NCBI GenBank assembly: GCA_030390025.1
Contig: CM059431.1
Coordinates: 101,248,001 to 101,312,000, forward strand
Length of the DNA: 64,000 bases
Direction of reading: 5' to 3'
From: Squalus acanthias
Taxonomy: Eukaryota
Under the pieces are notes generated by a model. The model was not told where the DNA came from, did no database searches, and saw only the letters and a program-made list of their open reading frames with translations. The position numbers and the translations under genes are program-made. Numbering within the stretch: position 1 is the stretch's first letter; the number at the start of each line of letters is the position of its first letter. Shown piece after piece: positions 38,501 through 50,570 of the stretch.

Positions 38501-39509
38501 AGGAGCAAGCTCCACTCCCATTTTTTTAAACATTTAAAATCCAGTCAATGTTGAAAAATGAGAATTCTTTCCCTCTGAGGGGAAACGCTTCTTGACAATG
38601 CTTTCCTATTTGTGCTTTTGTGATAATGAGGGTGCTCATATCAGACCCCAGCTCCACTAACCTGTTCGCAATTAATTGAATGCCCTTAGTGTCCCAGCTC
38701 AGTGTAATCCTGAGCGATAACTGGCTGCAGGTTTCAGAAGAGACGATTAAATGAGGCCCTGTTGGTGGATGTTGAAGATTTTTTTTACTGCTATTGTAAG
38801 AAGCGCAGGGAAGCTCTCTCCCCCAGTCTCTCTCCCCCCTAGTCTCTCTCTCCCTCAGTCTCCCCCTCCCCCCTAGTCTCTCTCTCCCTCAGTCTCACTC
38901 TCCCCCAGTCTCTCTCCCCCCTAGTCTCTCTCCCCCCCGAGTGTCTCTCTCTCTCATTCCTCCAGTCTCTCTCTCCCCTTGGTCGACCGGGTGTGATCAT
39001 CGCTAAGACTGGGTAGGGAACTGAGAGAGAGAGAGACAGAACGAGCGTGTCAAATAAGTGAAACCAGAGATACAATGGCGTTGGCATATCACAGGGAACA
39101 GTTGATAGATAGCCTGACAGAGAAAACAGGCGCGCCTGGGGCGACGGACATCCTAAAAATAAGTTGGCCGACGGAGCACACTTGTGTGCCTCACAGTGTA
39201 AAAAGCAAAGAAAAAAAAGAAACTTAAAGTTGAAACCGACACGGAAGTTTTCTGTGCCGAGAATAATAAAACACAAGATTTGTTGAGTGAAAGGAACCTT
39301 AAAGAAATGCTGGAATTTCAGTCTGTGTGAAAGTGCATGTTCAAGTGTGGAGGTTTCCCTGACTTTGAATGATTAAGAAATTACAGTATTCCTTTTGTCT
39401 GAAAGTCTGTCATTAAAAGAAAGTGTCTGTTATGTTTGTTTTAGCTCCACCCACATTTCTGTGCAGAGCCGAAAGCCTTTTAACCCTTTGTAATCTTGTC
39501 TTGGATTTT

Positions 39510-40615
39510 GGAAGTCTCTCTCTCACCCCCCAGTCTCTCTCTCTCCCCCCCCAGTCTCTCTCTCTCCCCCCCCCCNNNNNNNNNNNNNNNNNNNNNNNNN
39601 NNNNNNNNNNNNNNNNNNNNNNNNNNNNNNNNNNNNNNNNNNNNNNNNNNNNNNNNNNNNNNNNNNNNNNNNNNNNNNNNNNNNNNNNNNNNNNNNNNNN
39701 NNNNNNNNNNNNNNNNNNNNNNNNNNNNNNNNNNNNNNNNNNNNNNNNNNNNNNNNNNNNNNNNNNNNNNNNNNNNNNNNNNNNNNNNNNNNNNNNNNNN
39801 NNNNNNNNNNNNNNNNNNNNNNNNNNNNNNNNNNNNNNNNNNNNNNNNNNNNNNNNNNNNNNNNNNNNNNNNNNNNNNNNNNNNNNNNNNNNNNNNNNNN
39901 NNNNNNNNNNNNNNNNNNNNNNNNNNNNNNNNNNNNNNNNNNNNNNNNTCTCTCTCCCCAGTTTCTATCTCTCTCTCCCCAGTTTCTATCTCTCTCTCCC
40001 CAGTTTCTATCTCTCTCTCCCCAGTTTCTATCTCTCTCTCCCCAGTTTCTATCTCTCTCTCCCCAGTTTCTATCTCTCTCTCCCCAGTTTCTATCTCTCT
40101 CTCCCCAGTTTCTATCTCTCTCTCCCCAGTTTCTATCTTCTCTCTCCCCAGTTTCTATCTCTCTCTCCCCAGTTTCTATCTCTCTCCCCAGTTTCTATCT
40201 CTCTCCCCAGTTTCTATCTCTCTCTCCCCAGTTTCTATCTCTCTCTCCCCAGTTTCTCTCTCTCCTCCCCGTCTCTCTCTCTCTCCCCAGTTTCTATCTC
40301 TCTCTCTCTCCCCCCCATCTCTTTCCTCTCTCTCTCCCCAGTCTCTCTCTCTCTCCAGTCTCTCTCTCTCTCTCTCCAGTCTCTCTCTCTCTCTCCCCCC
40401 CCGTCTCTCTCTCTCTCTCTCTCCCCAGTCTCTCTCTCTCTCTCCTCCCCGTCTCTCTCTCTCTCCCCAGTTTCTATCTCTCTCTCTCTCCCCCCCATCT
40501 CTTTCTCTCTCTCTCCCCGTCTCTCTCTCTCTCCAGTCTCTCTCTCTCTCTCTAGTCTCTCTCTCTCTCTCCCCCCCCCCCCCTCGTCTCTCTATCTCTC
40601 TCTCCCCAGTCTCTC
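39510..40615. repeat. CT-rich satellite, 21-bp unit ctctctctccccagtttctat, degrading to (CT)n; contains the gap
   Basis: Tandem copies 39949-~40255; related sequence at 38814-38980. Confidence 0.92.
39576..39948. other. Assembly gap (373 N)
   Basis: Run of N. Confidence 0.99.
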
Positions 40616-42383
40616 GAGGTAACTGCGCGGCTGCGCAGCTTAGGGGGAACAGTAGACGGTCTGATGAGTCACGAGATCGGTGCACCTAACCTCAATTGAC
40701 ATGAACGAAGCCTAAACTATCAATCATTGAGGCCTAATAAATGGTACTCATACCCCAACCGCCAGAATGTACAAGAGGAGGATATCGGGGAAGAAAAGAA
40801 CACTACAGTCAGAGGGTAAAGCAACAGGAGCTCGCCTCAAGAAGGAGGACACCATTGAAGACGACGCAGTAGCCTTGAGTGCAACGGACTGATGACGCGG
40901 TAGAACTCAAAGACCTCTCTCTACTCAGAAAGGTTGTATGAACTTGTGCCAACCATTTAAATAAAGTTGTTTCGCCTTAAAATGACTTGTTCGTGTCGTA
41001 CTTTACCCAAGTTATGGTGTAGAGCTTAGCAACCCTTTGGACTGGTGTTGGATTGTGTAGACAAACCGTACAAGCTCAATGTTGGCAACACTGAAGCCAT
41101 CCTACTTAGCTCTGCCCAGAACCTATGGGCTTCTGGCACCAACTCAACCAACGTTCCTGGTGGCTCCTTTATGCTGAACCCAGTAGAACACAATCTCGGC
41201 GCTCTGTTCAACTCTGAGCTAAGTGTTCTGCCCAACATCCATTTTATCGCAAAGACTGCCTTCCTCCGCCTCCGGAATATTCCCTAGCTCACCCCCTTTG
41301 CCAATGATCATGTGGACGATTCATTTCTCAAATGCTCTCCTCACCAATCTCCACTCTCAAGCTTCAATTAATTCAGAACTGTATCCTCTCTTGCACAAAT
41401 ACAGTCACCCATTACCCCCATTCTTGACCAGAGCCATTGGCTCCTTTCCTCCAGAAAATCAACACCAAAATTCTCACCTACATTTTCAAATCCCTCTACG
41501 GCCTCACCCTACTTTATTTGGGAAATCTTCTCCAGTCATATATTCCAGCCCAAACCCTCTGCTCCTCTGAAAAGGTTACTGCTTGTCCTGTGTACTCCAC
41601 ACTTCACCGTTACAGGAGAGTTTGCCATTGCCTTCTGAGATTCTCTGCCAAAACCACTTTGCCTGCCTACATCTGTCCAACCCTTCACAAACCTTCAAAA
41701 AACCTGTGCCCTACAAATATGCCTTTGAGCTCCCACTCTTGGCAATGTCTGACTCACTGCCCAGTCCACTTTCCTCTTGCGAAGTGCGAATGCATTCTTC
41801 TACCTGAGGAGTGCTACATAAAAGGTTGTTGGTGCAAGTTTCACAATACAGTACGCTAAAAATGTAAAGTCAGATTTATATCATAGTTAGTAGCTAAAAA
41901 AAATAATTCCATTGTCTATTTTTCCCCCTCGGTCAATTTTCTCTCTTCCTGAACTATTGACTTCTAGCTGGGGCACAATTCAGGAGAAAGCTCAGAGAGA
42001 GTCAAGAGACCGAGGCAGGGAGAGATAGAGAGATGCATGCAAAGAAAATAAAGAGTATAAATGGCAAGTTTTGTAAATTAGCATAATTTAAGGTGGAGTG
42101 TGGGAGAGATTCCTTCTCGTGTCCTCTGCGACCTGGCCTTTGACAATGAGAGGGAGCACCACAATTGACCCCAATCTTGTCCCCATCCCATGGGAACTAG
42201 TACAATACAGGGCCAGTAATAAGCTGTGCAGTCCATCTTGCCCAAACCTAAAACCCAAAACCACACAATTTTCATATCCTCAAAAACTTCTCCAATTTTC
42301 TTTTAATTTTTCTCCCTGGGAAGACCATTCCATCTGTTCACCACTGTTACATAAAGCAGTAAAGTGTGTGCACTTTACAACTT

Positions 42384-42812
42384 GTGTCAGCTGTGGCTCA
42401 GTGGGCAGCACTCTCGCCTCCAGAGGCAGAAGCATGAAATCCAGGCTGACACTCCCAGTGCAGTACCGAGGGAGCGCTGCACTGTCGGAGGTGCCATCTT
42501 TCGGATGAGACGTTAAACTGAGGCCCCGTCTGCCATCTCAGGTGGATGTAAAAGATCCTGTGGCAGTATTTCGAAGAAGAGCAGGGGAGTTCTCCTGGAG
42601 CCAATATGTATCCCTCAACCAACATCACTAAAAACAGATGATCTGGTCATTATCACATTGCTGTTTGTGCCGTGTGCAAATTGGCTGCCGCATTTCCTAC
42701 ATTACAACAGTGACTACACTTCAAAAGTACTTCATTGGCTGTAAAGCGCTTTGGGACGTCCTGAGGTTGTGAAACGTGCTGTAGAAATGCAAGTTCTCTT
42801 TTTCTTTCTTCC
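42384..42812 (+). mobile_element. Deu-domain tRNA SINE with an internal deletion in the head
   Basis: gtgtcagctgtggctcagtgg head, Deu core and tail. Confidence 0.85.
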
Positions 42813-43047
42813 TGGTGCACTCAGGAAGTGAGGCTGGGGAGATAATCAGGAAGAAGAGGTGGAGCAACTATTTAAGGTGGCAGCAAGTGCTTTGGCGTAC
42901 GACAAGGAGGTTCACGAGTTGTATCGGAAAGTGTGAAAAGAATGGGGAGACCAGTACAAAACTGGTCAGAATAACTAACATAGACCGATCCATATAGGTG
43001 ACACAAAATGCAAATGGAGGGACGATTTGACCACTGTGTCTGTATAA

Positions 43048-43700
43048 CCAACAACAACAACTTGCATTTATATAGCGCCTTTAACGTTGTAAAACGTCCC
43101 ACGGCGCTTCACAGGAGCGTTATCAAACAAAATTTGACACCGAGCCACATATTAGGACAGGTGGTCAAAGAGGTAGGTTTTAAGGAGCGTCTTAAAGGAA
43201 GAAAGAGATGTAGAGAGGCGAAGAGGTTTAGGGAGGGAATTCCAGAGCTTAGGGCCGAGGCAGCTGAAGGCACGGCCGCCAATAGTGGAGCAATGAAAAT
43301 CGGGGATGTGCAAGAGGCCAGAAAAGCAGGAACGCAAACATTTCGGCTGTAGGGCTGAGATTACAGAGATAGGGAAGGGACGAGGCCACGGAGGGATTTG
43401 AACACAATGATGAGATTTTAAAATCGATGCGTTGCCGGACTGGGAGCCAATGTTGGTCAGCGAGCACAGGGGTGATGGATGAATGGGACTTGGTGCGAGT
43501 TAGGACATGGGGCAGCAGAGTTTTGGATGAGCTCAAGTTTACAGAGGGTGCAAGGTGCGATGCCGGCCAGGAGTGGGTTGGAATAATTGAGTCTAGAGAT
43601 AAAAAGACATGGGTGAGGGTTTCAGCAGCAGATATGCTGAGGCAGGGACAGAGATGGGCGATGTTACAGAGGTGGAAGTAAGCAGTCCTGGTGATGGAGA
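43048..43700 (-). mobile_element. L2-like LINE 3' fragment
   Basis: HWLPVRQRIDFKI and GGRAFSCLGPKLWNSLP on minus; (caa)n tail. Confidence 0.8.
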
Positions 43701-43817
43701 GGAGAAGAATGCAAGAGCACTTCAAGCGCTGACCACTATGCTAAAATTACTGGTCAAATCCACATTAATTGTTAATATAGGATAATATAAAACCAATGGA
43801 AGCACAACAACTATATG

Positions 43818-44547
43818 AGCCCAGATATTCCGATCGCAGGCCTCCCGCGGGCGGAGGGCTACGATCTGGAAAAATCTGCGCCAAGACTGGAGGGCTCCCG
43901 GGAGGCGCAGAGTTCCGCTGCTGGGCCTCTCCAAACTGCCGGTGCGCAGGGCCCACGTGTCCCGGGGCGCAGGCAGTTCGCAGCGTCCCTGGGATCACGT
44001 GGGCCATGGGGAGCCAATCAGAGAAGGGAATCTCCCTTCATACATTTGACAGGAAGACCTGTCAAATATATGAATAGAGATCGCCCCCAAAACATAGAAA
44101 AACTTCAAATAAATTTTTTTTAAATCACATTTTTAAAATGACTTTAAATTACAATAAACAAATATTTTATTTTTTGAAAAAAATAATGAAAGTTTTTAAC
44201 GGGGCTAAAAATAAACTTACCTTTCTTTAAAGTATTTTTAAATGATAAATCAGTGGAAACATTTTTAAAAAACTTTTTTCAACTCTTATCCTGGTAAAAG
44301 CAGGCCTTACACCTGCTTTTAACAGGCGTAAGAATTGTAAGTGTTTTCTGCGGGCGGAGGGTCTCCAAAAAGCGGAACTATCCGCCCGCAGAGGCCCTTC
44401 TCTCGGGCAGGCGGAGCATCTGTCAAGAGCTTTCTTGACAGATCGGAAATGCTGGTTTCCAGCGCATGCCTGAAACTGGCATTTCCGATGTCCCTACGGG
44501 TGAGTACACAGCGCGTACACACCCATAGGGATCGGAATTTCTGCACC
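43818..44547. mobile_element. Harbinger-like MITE
   Basis: Ends agcccagatattccgatc / gatcggaatttctgcacc; TSD ATG. Confidence 0.88.
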
Positions 44548-45254
44548 ATGATGTTCATTAAGAGTCATAAGACCTGAAAATTTAACCCTACCTTCTCTGT
44601 ACAGCTGCCTCCGGACCTGCTGAGTGTTATCAACATTTCATGTTTTTATTTCAGATTTCCATCATCTGCAGTATTTTGCTTTTTAATTATATGAAACTAT
44701 GTTTAATATATCATTCTTTAAGCAATTTTTAAAAGGATCATTAATTAGCGAACTGAAAAGCAGAGAAGCTATGTTAAACTTGGTTAATTCAGAGCCTTGC
44801 TTAGATCACTCAGAGTACTGGGCACAGTTCTGGTCTCCATATTATAAAAAGGTTGTAGAGGCACTGGGAGAAGGTGAAAAAAAAGATTTACCAGATGTTA
44901 CAAGAACTGAGAGATTATAACTATCAGGAAAGACTGAGCAGGCTGGGGGTCTTTTGAGGGGTGACGTCATAGAAGCCTTTAAGCTTATGTAAGTTATCGA
45001 TAGGGTCGACATAGAGAAGATGTTTCCACTTTGCCGGGGGTTGGGGGGGAGGGGGAGACCAAAATTAGGGGCCATAAATATAAGCTAGTCACTAATAAAT
45101 TCAATAGGCAATTCAGGAGGAACTTCTTTACACAGAGAGCGGTGAGAACGTGGAACTCGCTACCACAAGGAGTAGTTGAGGTGAATAGCATAGATGCATT
45201 TAAGGGAAAGCTAGGTAAACACATGAGCGAGAAAGGAAGAGAAGGTTATTTATT

Positions 45255-45895
45255 TTTATTCGTTTATGGGATGTGGGCGTCGCTGGCAAGGCCAGCATTT
45301 ATTGCAAATCCTAAATTGCCCTCGAGAAGGTGGTGGTGAGCCGCCTTCTTGAACCGTTGCAGTCCGTGTGATGAAGGTGCTCCCACAGTGCTGTTAGGGA
45401 AGGAGTTCCAGGATTTTGACCCAGCGACGATGAAGGATCAGCGATATATTTCTAAGTGAGGATGGTGTGTGACTTGGAGGGGAACTTGGAGGTGGTGGTG
45501 TTCCCCTGCGTCTGCTACCCTTGACCTTCTTGGTGGAAGAGGTCGCGGGTTTGGGAGGTACTGCCGAAGAAGCCTTGGCGAGTTGCTGCAGTGCATCTTG
45601 TAGATGGTACACACTGTAGCCACGGTGTGCCGGTGGTGGAGGGAGTGAATGCTTATGGTGGTGGATGGGGTGCTTTGTCCTGGATGGTGTCGAGCTTCTT
45701 GAGTGTTGTTGGAGCTGCACTCATCCAGGCAAGTGGAGAGTATTCCATCACACTGCTTACTTGTGCCTTGTAGATGGTGGAAAGGCTTTGGGGTGTCAGG
45801 AGGTGAGTCACTCGCCACAGAATACCCAGCCTCTGACCTGCTCTTGTAGCCACAGTATTTATGTGGCTGGTCCAGTTAAGTTTCTGGTCAATGGT
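45255..45895 (-). mobile_element. Second LINE family, 3' RT fragment
   Basis: ORF 45653-45853 has IYKAQVSSVMEYSPLAW; paralogue at 62085-62705. Confidence 0.8.
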
Positions 45896-46997
45896 TATGC
45901 TGATAGGGTGAGATGAAGAGGGGTGGGAGGAGGCTTGAGTGGAGCACGGACCAGTTGGGCTGAATGGCCTGTTTCTGTGCTGTAAATTCCATGCAGTATC
46001 AATGTCACAAGAATGAGAAGTCGCACAACACCAGGTTATAGTCCAACAGATTTATTTAAAATTACAAGCTTTCGTGCGACTTCTCATTTTTGTCCACCCC
46101 AGTCCAACGCCGGCATCTCCGCACAATGTCACAAAAAGCATTACTGTAACCTTAAATTATGTTAATGCAGCATAAGGAGCAACCCACCAAAATGAATGAG
46201 AGAATGTCGAGTTTTACGCACACTGACTGTTATCAGTTAAAACCGTTAGGTTTCTGTGTGGGTGATGCAAATCATTACCACATGCAAATTGAAGGTCTGG
46301 CTTCAAGGAAGGTGTGGGAGGGGAACGGCACTGGGATGTGATAAGGGACCTGATGGGGAAAGTGGAAAGAGTGAGCTCAGACAATGGCGTGAAAGTGCTA
46401 CGATTTATCTTAAATGTGAGATCATCTTTGAGCTGCGTTTCGTGGAAAAGTCAACAAAGAGGGGTGAATTATCTCATCAACATGACGTATCCTCCTAAAT
46501 TATCATCTTACTTTATGGTATTGAAAGCATAATTATCTCCACCTCCAGCAATCTTTTTTTTTAATGTTTTCATTCAAACTAGGGGACCATAAATATAAGA
46601 TAGTCACTAATAAATCCAATCGGGAATTCAGGAGAAACTTCTTTACCCAGAGAGTGGCGAGAATGTGGAACTCGCTCCCACAGGGAGTGGTTGAGGCGAA
46701 TAACATCAATGTATCGTCGCTGGGTCAAAATCCTGGAACTCGCACCCTCACAGCACTGTGGGCGTACCTTCACCACACAGACTGCAGCGGTTCAAGGCGG
46801 CGGCTCACCACCACCTTCTCAAGGGGCAACTAGGGATGGGCAATAAATGCTGGGCCTTGCCAGCGACGCCCACATCCCGTGAATGAATAATTACATTAAA
46901 AAAGGGCCATGATGCGGAGATGCCAGTGTTGGGCTGGGGTGGACAAATGTGAGAAGTCGCACAACACCAGGTTATAGTCCAACAGCTTTATTTGAAA

Positions 46998-47034
46998 TCA
47001 CAAGCTTTCGGAGCGCTGCTCCTTCGTCAGGTGA
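46998..47034 (-). ncRNA. Minimal hammerhead ribozyme motif (family B), intact core
   Basis: Minus strand: tcac-CTGACGA-a-ggagc(agc)gctcc-GAAA-gc-tt-gtga. Confidence 0.72.
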
Positions 47035-47354
47035 AGTGACTGACGAAGGAGCAGCAGCTCCGAAAGCTTGTGATTTCAAATAAAGCTGTTGGACTATAAC
47101 CTGGTGTTGTGCGACTTGTCACATTAAAAAAGGGGGGGGAAGCTCGATGAGTACACCAGGGAGAAAGGAATAGAAGGTCATGCTGATAGGGTGAGATGAA
47201 GTAGGGTGGGAGGAGGCTCGTGTGGAGCAGAAACACCAGCATGGATCAGCTGGGCCGAATGGCCTGTTCCTGTGCTGTAAAATTCTATGCAATTTACCTG
47301 CCTGTCTTGGGATGGTAATTGTGACAGATAGGAATAGAAACGCCATGACGTGAG

Positions 47355-47835
47355 AATCATAGAATCATAGAAGATAGGAGCAGTAGGCCGCCATTCGGCC
47401 CCTCTAGCCTGCTCCACCATTCAATGCGATCATGGCTGATCATCCAAATTCAGTACCCTGTCCCTGCTTTCTCCCCATATCCCTTGATCCCTTTAGCCTT
47501 AAGAAATATATCCAACTCCTTCTTGAATATATTTAATGAATTGGCCTCTACTGCCTTCTGTGGCAGAGAATTCCACAGGTTCACCACTCTCTGGGTGAAG
47601 AAATTCCTCCTCATTTCTGTCCTAAATGGCTTACCCCTTATCCTTAAGACTGTGACCCCTGGTTCTGGACTCCCCGACCATCAGGAACATCCTTCCTGCA
47701 TCTAGTTTGTCCTGTCCTGTCAGAATTTTATAAGTTTCAATGATATCCCCTCTCATTCTTCTAAACTCCAGCGAGTATAAGCCCAATCGACCCAATCTCT
47801 CTTCATATGTCATTCCTGCCATCCCAGGTATCAGG
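47355..47835 (-). mobile_element. Young CR1 3' fragment
   Basis: Nearly identical to 4480-4945. Confidence 0.9.
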
Positions 47836-47888
47836 GGAAGGGATTAAAAACTGGAACTTATACCATGCACTGTCGCAGTGATAATTAC

Positions 47889-48134
47889 CTGCCGTCGATG
47901 CCTCCTGTTGTTCTGGTTAAGCTGGGCCAGCATGAGTTGCTGATCCAGTAGTTCCGTCCTCTGTTGTCTCTGAATATCCAGGGTTGCACCCATTCCTAGG
48001 GGAGTCTCATGGACGGGGACAGCCGACGAAAAGAGCGGTTCCAGGGTGAACGAGGCACATCTGGCTGCCCACTTTGGTACACACAGCAATTGCTGTACCT
48101 TCAGCACATTATAGTGGTAAACCAGTCCAGAAAG
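47889..48134 (-). CDS. UBAC2: UBAC2 internal coding exon (LSGLVY...GMGATLDIQRQQRTELLDQQLM...RRQ)
   Basis: Acceptor ttttctctcctgcag, donor gtaatt, 246 bp, phase 0; matches recalled UBAC2 TLEPIFSS...GMGATLDIQRQQRMELLDRQLM; splices in frame to 10036. Confidence 0.95.
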
Positions 48135-48217
48135 CTGCAGGAGAGAAAAAATAGGGTCATCAGGAACTGCACGCATTCGATCTTCATGTAACAGCACATG
48201 GCAACGATACATGTGAG

Positions 48218-48826
48218 GCATAGATTATAAGAGGGTTTTGCTTGAACTGTATAAAACACTAGTTAGGCCTCAGCTAGAATACTGCGTACTGTTCTGGTCA
48301 CCACATTACAGGAAAGATGTGATTGCACTAGAGAGGGTGCAGAGGAGATTTACGAGGATGTTGCCAGGACTGGAGAATTTCAGCTATGAGGAAAGATTGG
48401 ATAGGCTGGGGTTGTTTTCTTTGGAACAGAGGAGGCTGAGGGGAGACTTAATCACGGTGTAAAAAATTATGAGGGGCCTAGATAGAGTGGATAAGGAAGG
48501 ATCTATTTCCCTCAGCAGAGAGGTCAAATAACCAGGGGACATAGATTTAAAGTAATTGGTAGAAGGATTAGAGGGGAGTTGAGGAGAACTTTTTTCACCC
48601 AGAGGGTGGTGGGGGTCTGGAACTCACTGCCTGAAAGGGTGGTAGAGGCAGAAACCCTCATCACATTTAAAAAGTACTTGGATATGCACTTGAAGCGCCG
48701 TAACCTACAGGGCTACGGACCAAGTGCTGGAAAGTGGGATTAGGCTGGATGGCTCTTTCTCGGCCGGCACAGACACGATGGGCCGAATGGCCTCCTTCTG
48801 TGCCGTAAATTTCTACGATTCTATGA
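48218..48826 (+). mobile_element. CR1 3' fragment
   Basis: ORF 48238-48462 has LVRPQLEYC and LEQRRLRGDL; attctatg tail. Confidence 0.88.
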
Positions 48827-48872
48827 AACTACAGTCAGGAGCATCCCTAGACTATAAAGTGGCAGACAGTTA

Positions 48873-49701
48873 GGCCCAGATCTTTACTGGAGCGGGATTT
48901 CCAAGACGGGGGTGGGGGGTGAGTTCTGGTTGGAAAGTCCAGGTTTCCCTGAACGCTGTGGAGTTTTGCGCGTGGTTCTTTTTCAACAGGTTCCCCGCCC
49001 GGAAGCCAGCCTGACTGACAGGCTTGGCTCCCTGTTGGGCGGGGAACGCTGCAGAAGAGACTGCAACCCAGGAGCAGGTAGGTTTGCTGCTGGGGTCGGG
49101 ATCGCGAGGGGTGGGGGTGAGGGTTGGTCCAACATGGCTTGGCGGGTCTGGGGTTGATCATGGGGAGTCGAAGTCAAGTCGAGGGCAGGGATGGGTGATC
49201 TGTGATCGCAGGGCGGGTCCAATCGCGGTGGGGGGAGGGGTCCAATCGCGGTGGGGGGAGGGGTCCGATCGCGGTGGGGGGAGGGGTCCGATCGCGGTGG
49301 GGGGAGGGGTCCGATCGCGGTGGGGGGAGGGGTGGGGAAGCAGGTTAGCTTGGGGGTGCTGGGAGGAAACACTCCAGATCCTCCTGGCCCACAAGCAGTG
49401 CTGGAAAGGCACTTACCTCTTCCACACAGCAGCCCTCGCCTCCCTTTAGCTGGCAGGTTTCCCGAGGCCTGGGAAACCCGGCCGGCCAGGGTTAAACCTG
49501 GAAGAGAGATAAACTCTGAGGGACGCAGCCTCATTAAAATGTTTAAATGAGCACCCCGCCTCCTCGGAGCAGGTTGGTTGCTCGCTCCCCATCCTGCCTC
49601 CGTTAAAAACCGAAATGGGCAGATTCGAGTTTCAGATTTTTTAAATTGTTACATCCCACTCGACCCAAACCCATCCGATTTTGGAGGTTAAAATTATCCC
49701 C
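48873..49701. mobile_element. Harbinger-like non-autonomous element with a G-rich minisatellite
   Basis: TSD TTA; weak TIRs (ggcccagatctttac / gttaaaattatcccc); ~23-bp repeats at 49215-49332. Confidence 0.6.
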
Positions 49702-50102
49702 TTAATATACTTTTCAGTGGATTTACAACCCCTCAATACTTGCTTTAATAGGAAACAGACAATTGAAGTTGATGCCATTATGTGTTTATTTTTTTCTCCT
49801 TTTCTGTTCGAATTCTCCAGAGTTATTACAAAATTATAAGAAAATAAAAATACTTATTTTTTTATAAACAGTACTTTGTTGTACAACTCTTTTGTAAAAG
49901 AACAAGTCTCAATGCAATAAAAAATGAATCACGACTAGCAATTTGTGCGATTATATTTTGTAATTTTCATGTCCCCTCCCCCCAGTACCACACAGGTGAG
50001 CCAGCAGTAGATGGCTCAGCTCTCAGCCTTTACCTGAACTGGTAAAGCAGGCAACCAGGATGTTCCTGAAAACCGTGGATTTGTTCCATCGTCATGGCAG
50101 GA

Positions 50103-50570
50103 GTGTCAGCCGTGGCTCAGTTGGTAGCACCCTCGCCTCTGAGTCAGGAGGGCGTGGGTTCAAGTCCCACTCCAGAGACTTGAGCACAAAAATCTAAGCT
50201 GACACTCCAGTGCAGTGCTGAGGGAGTGCTGCACTGTCGGAGGTGCCGTCTTTCGGATGAGACGTTAAACCGAGGTCCCCGTCTGCTCTCTCAGGTGGAC
50301 GTAAAAGATCCCATGGCTCTATTTCAAAGAGGAGCAGGGGGAGTTCTCCCCGGTGTCCTGGCCAATATTTATCCCTCAACCAACATCACTGAAACAGATT
50401 TTCTGGTCATTATCACATTGCTGTTTGTGGGAGCTTGCTGTGCGCAAATTGGCTGCATCGTTTCCGATATTACTACACTTCAAAAAGTACTTCACGGGCT
50501 GTAAAGCGCTTTTGAGACGTCCAGTGGTTGTGAAAGGCGCTATAGAAATGCAAGTATTCCTTTCTTTTTT
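50103..50570 (+). mobile_element. Full-length tRNA-derived Deu-domain SINE (SacSINE1-like)
   Basis: A box tggctcagttgg, B box ggttcaagtcc, Deu core ctttcggatgagacgttaaaccgagg, tail aggcgctatagaaatgcaagt. Confidence 0.88.

Noticed and set aside
39949..40255. Regular 21-bp repeats as a CRISPR array
   Set aside because: Head-to-tail copies with no unique spacers, in eukaryotic DNA
39423..40689. ~400-aa Ser/Leu/Pro-rich ORFs and ER-rich minus-strand ORFs
   Set aside because: Translations of the CT satellite running through the N gap
40655..41030. LTR-like segment with AATAAA and a ctgatga motif
   Set aside because: No TG...CA ends or TSD, and no stem II/GAAA to complete a hammerhead
50103..50175. 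tRNA gene
   Set aside because: A/B boxes run directly into a Deu SINE body that is repeated many times
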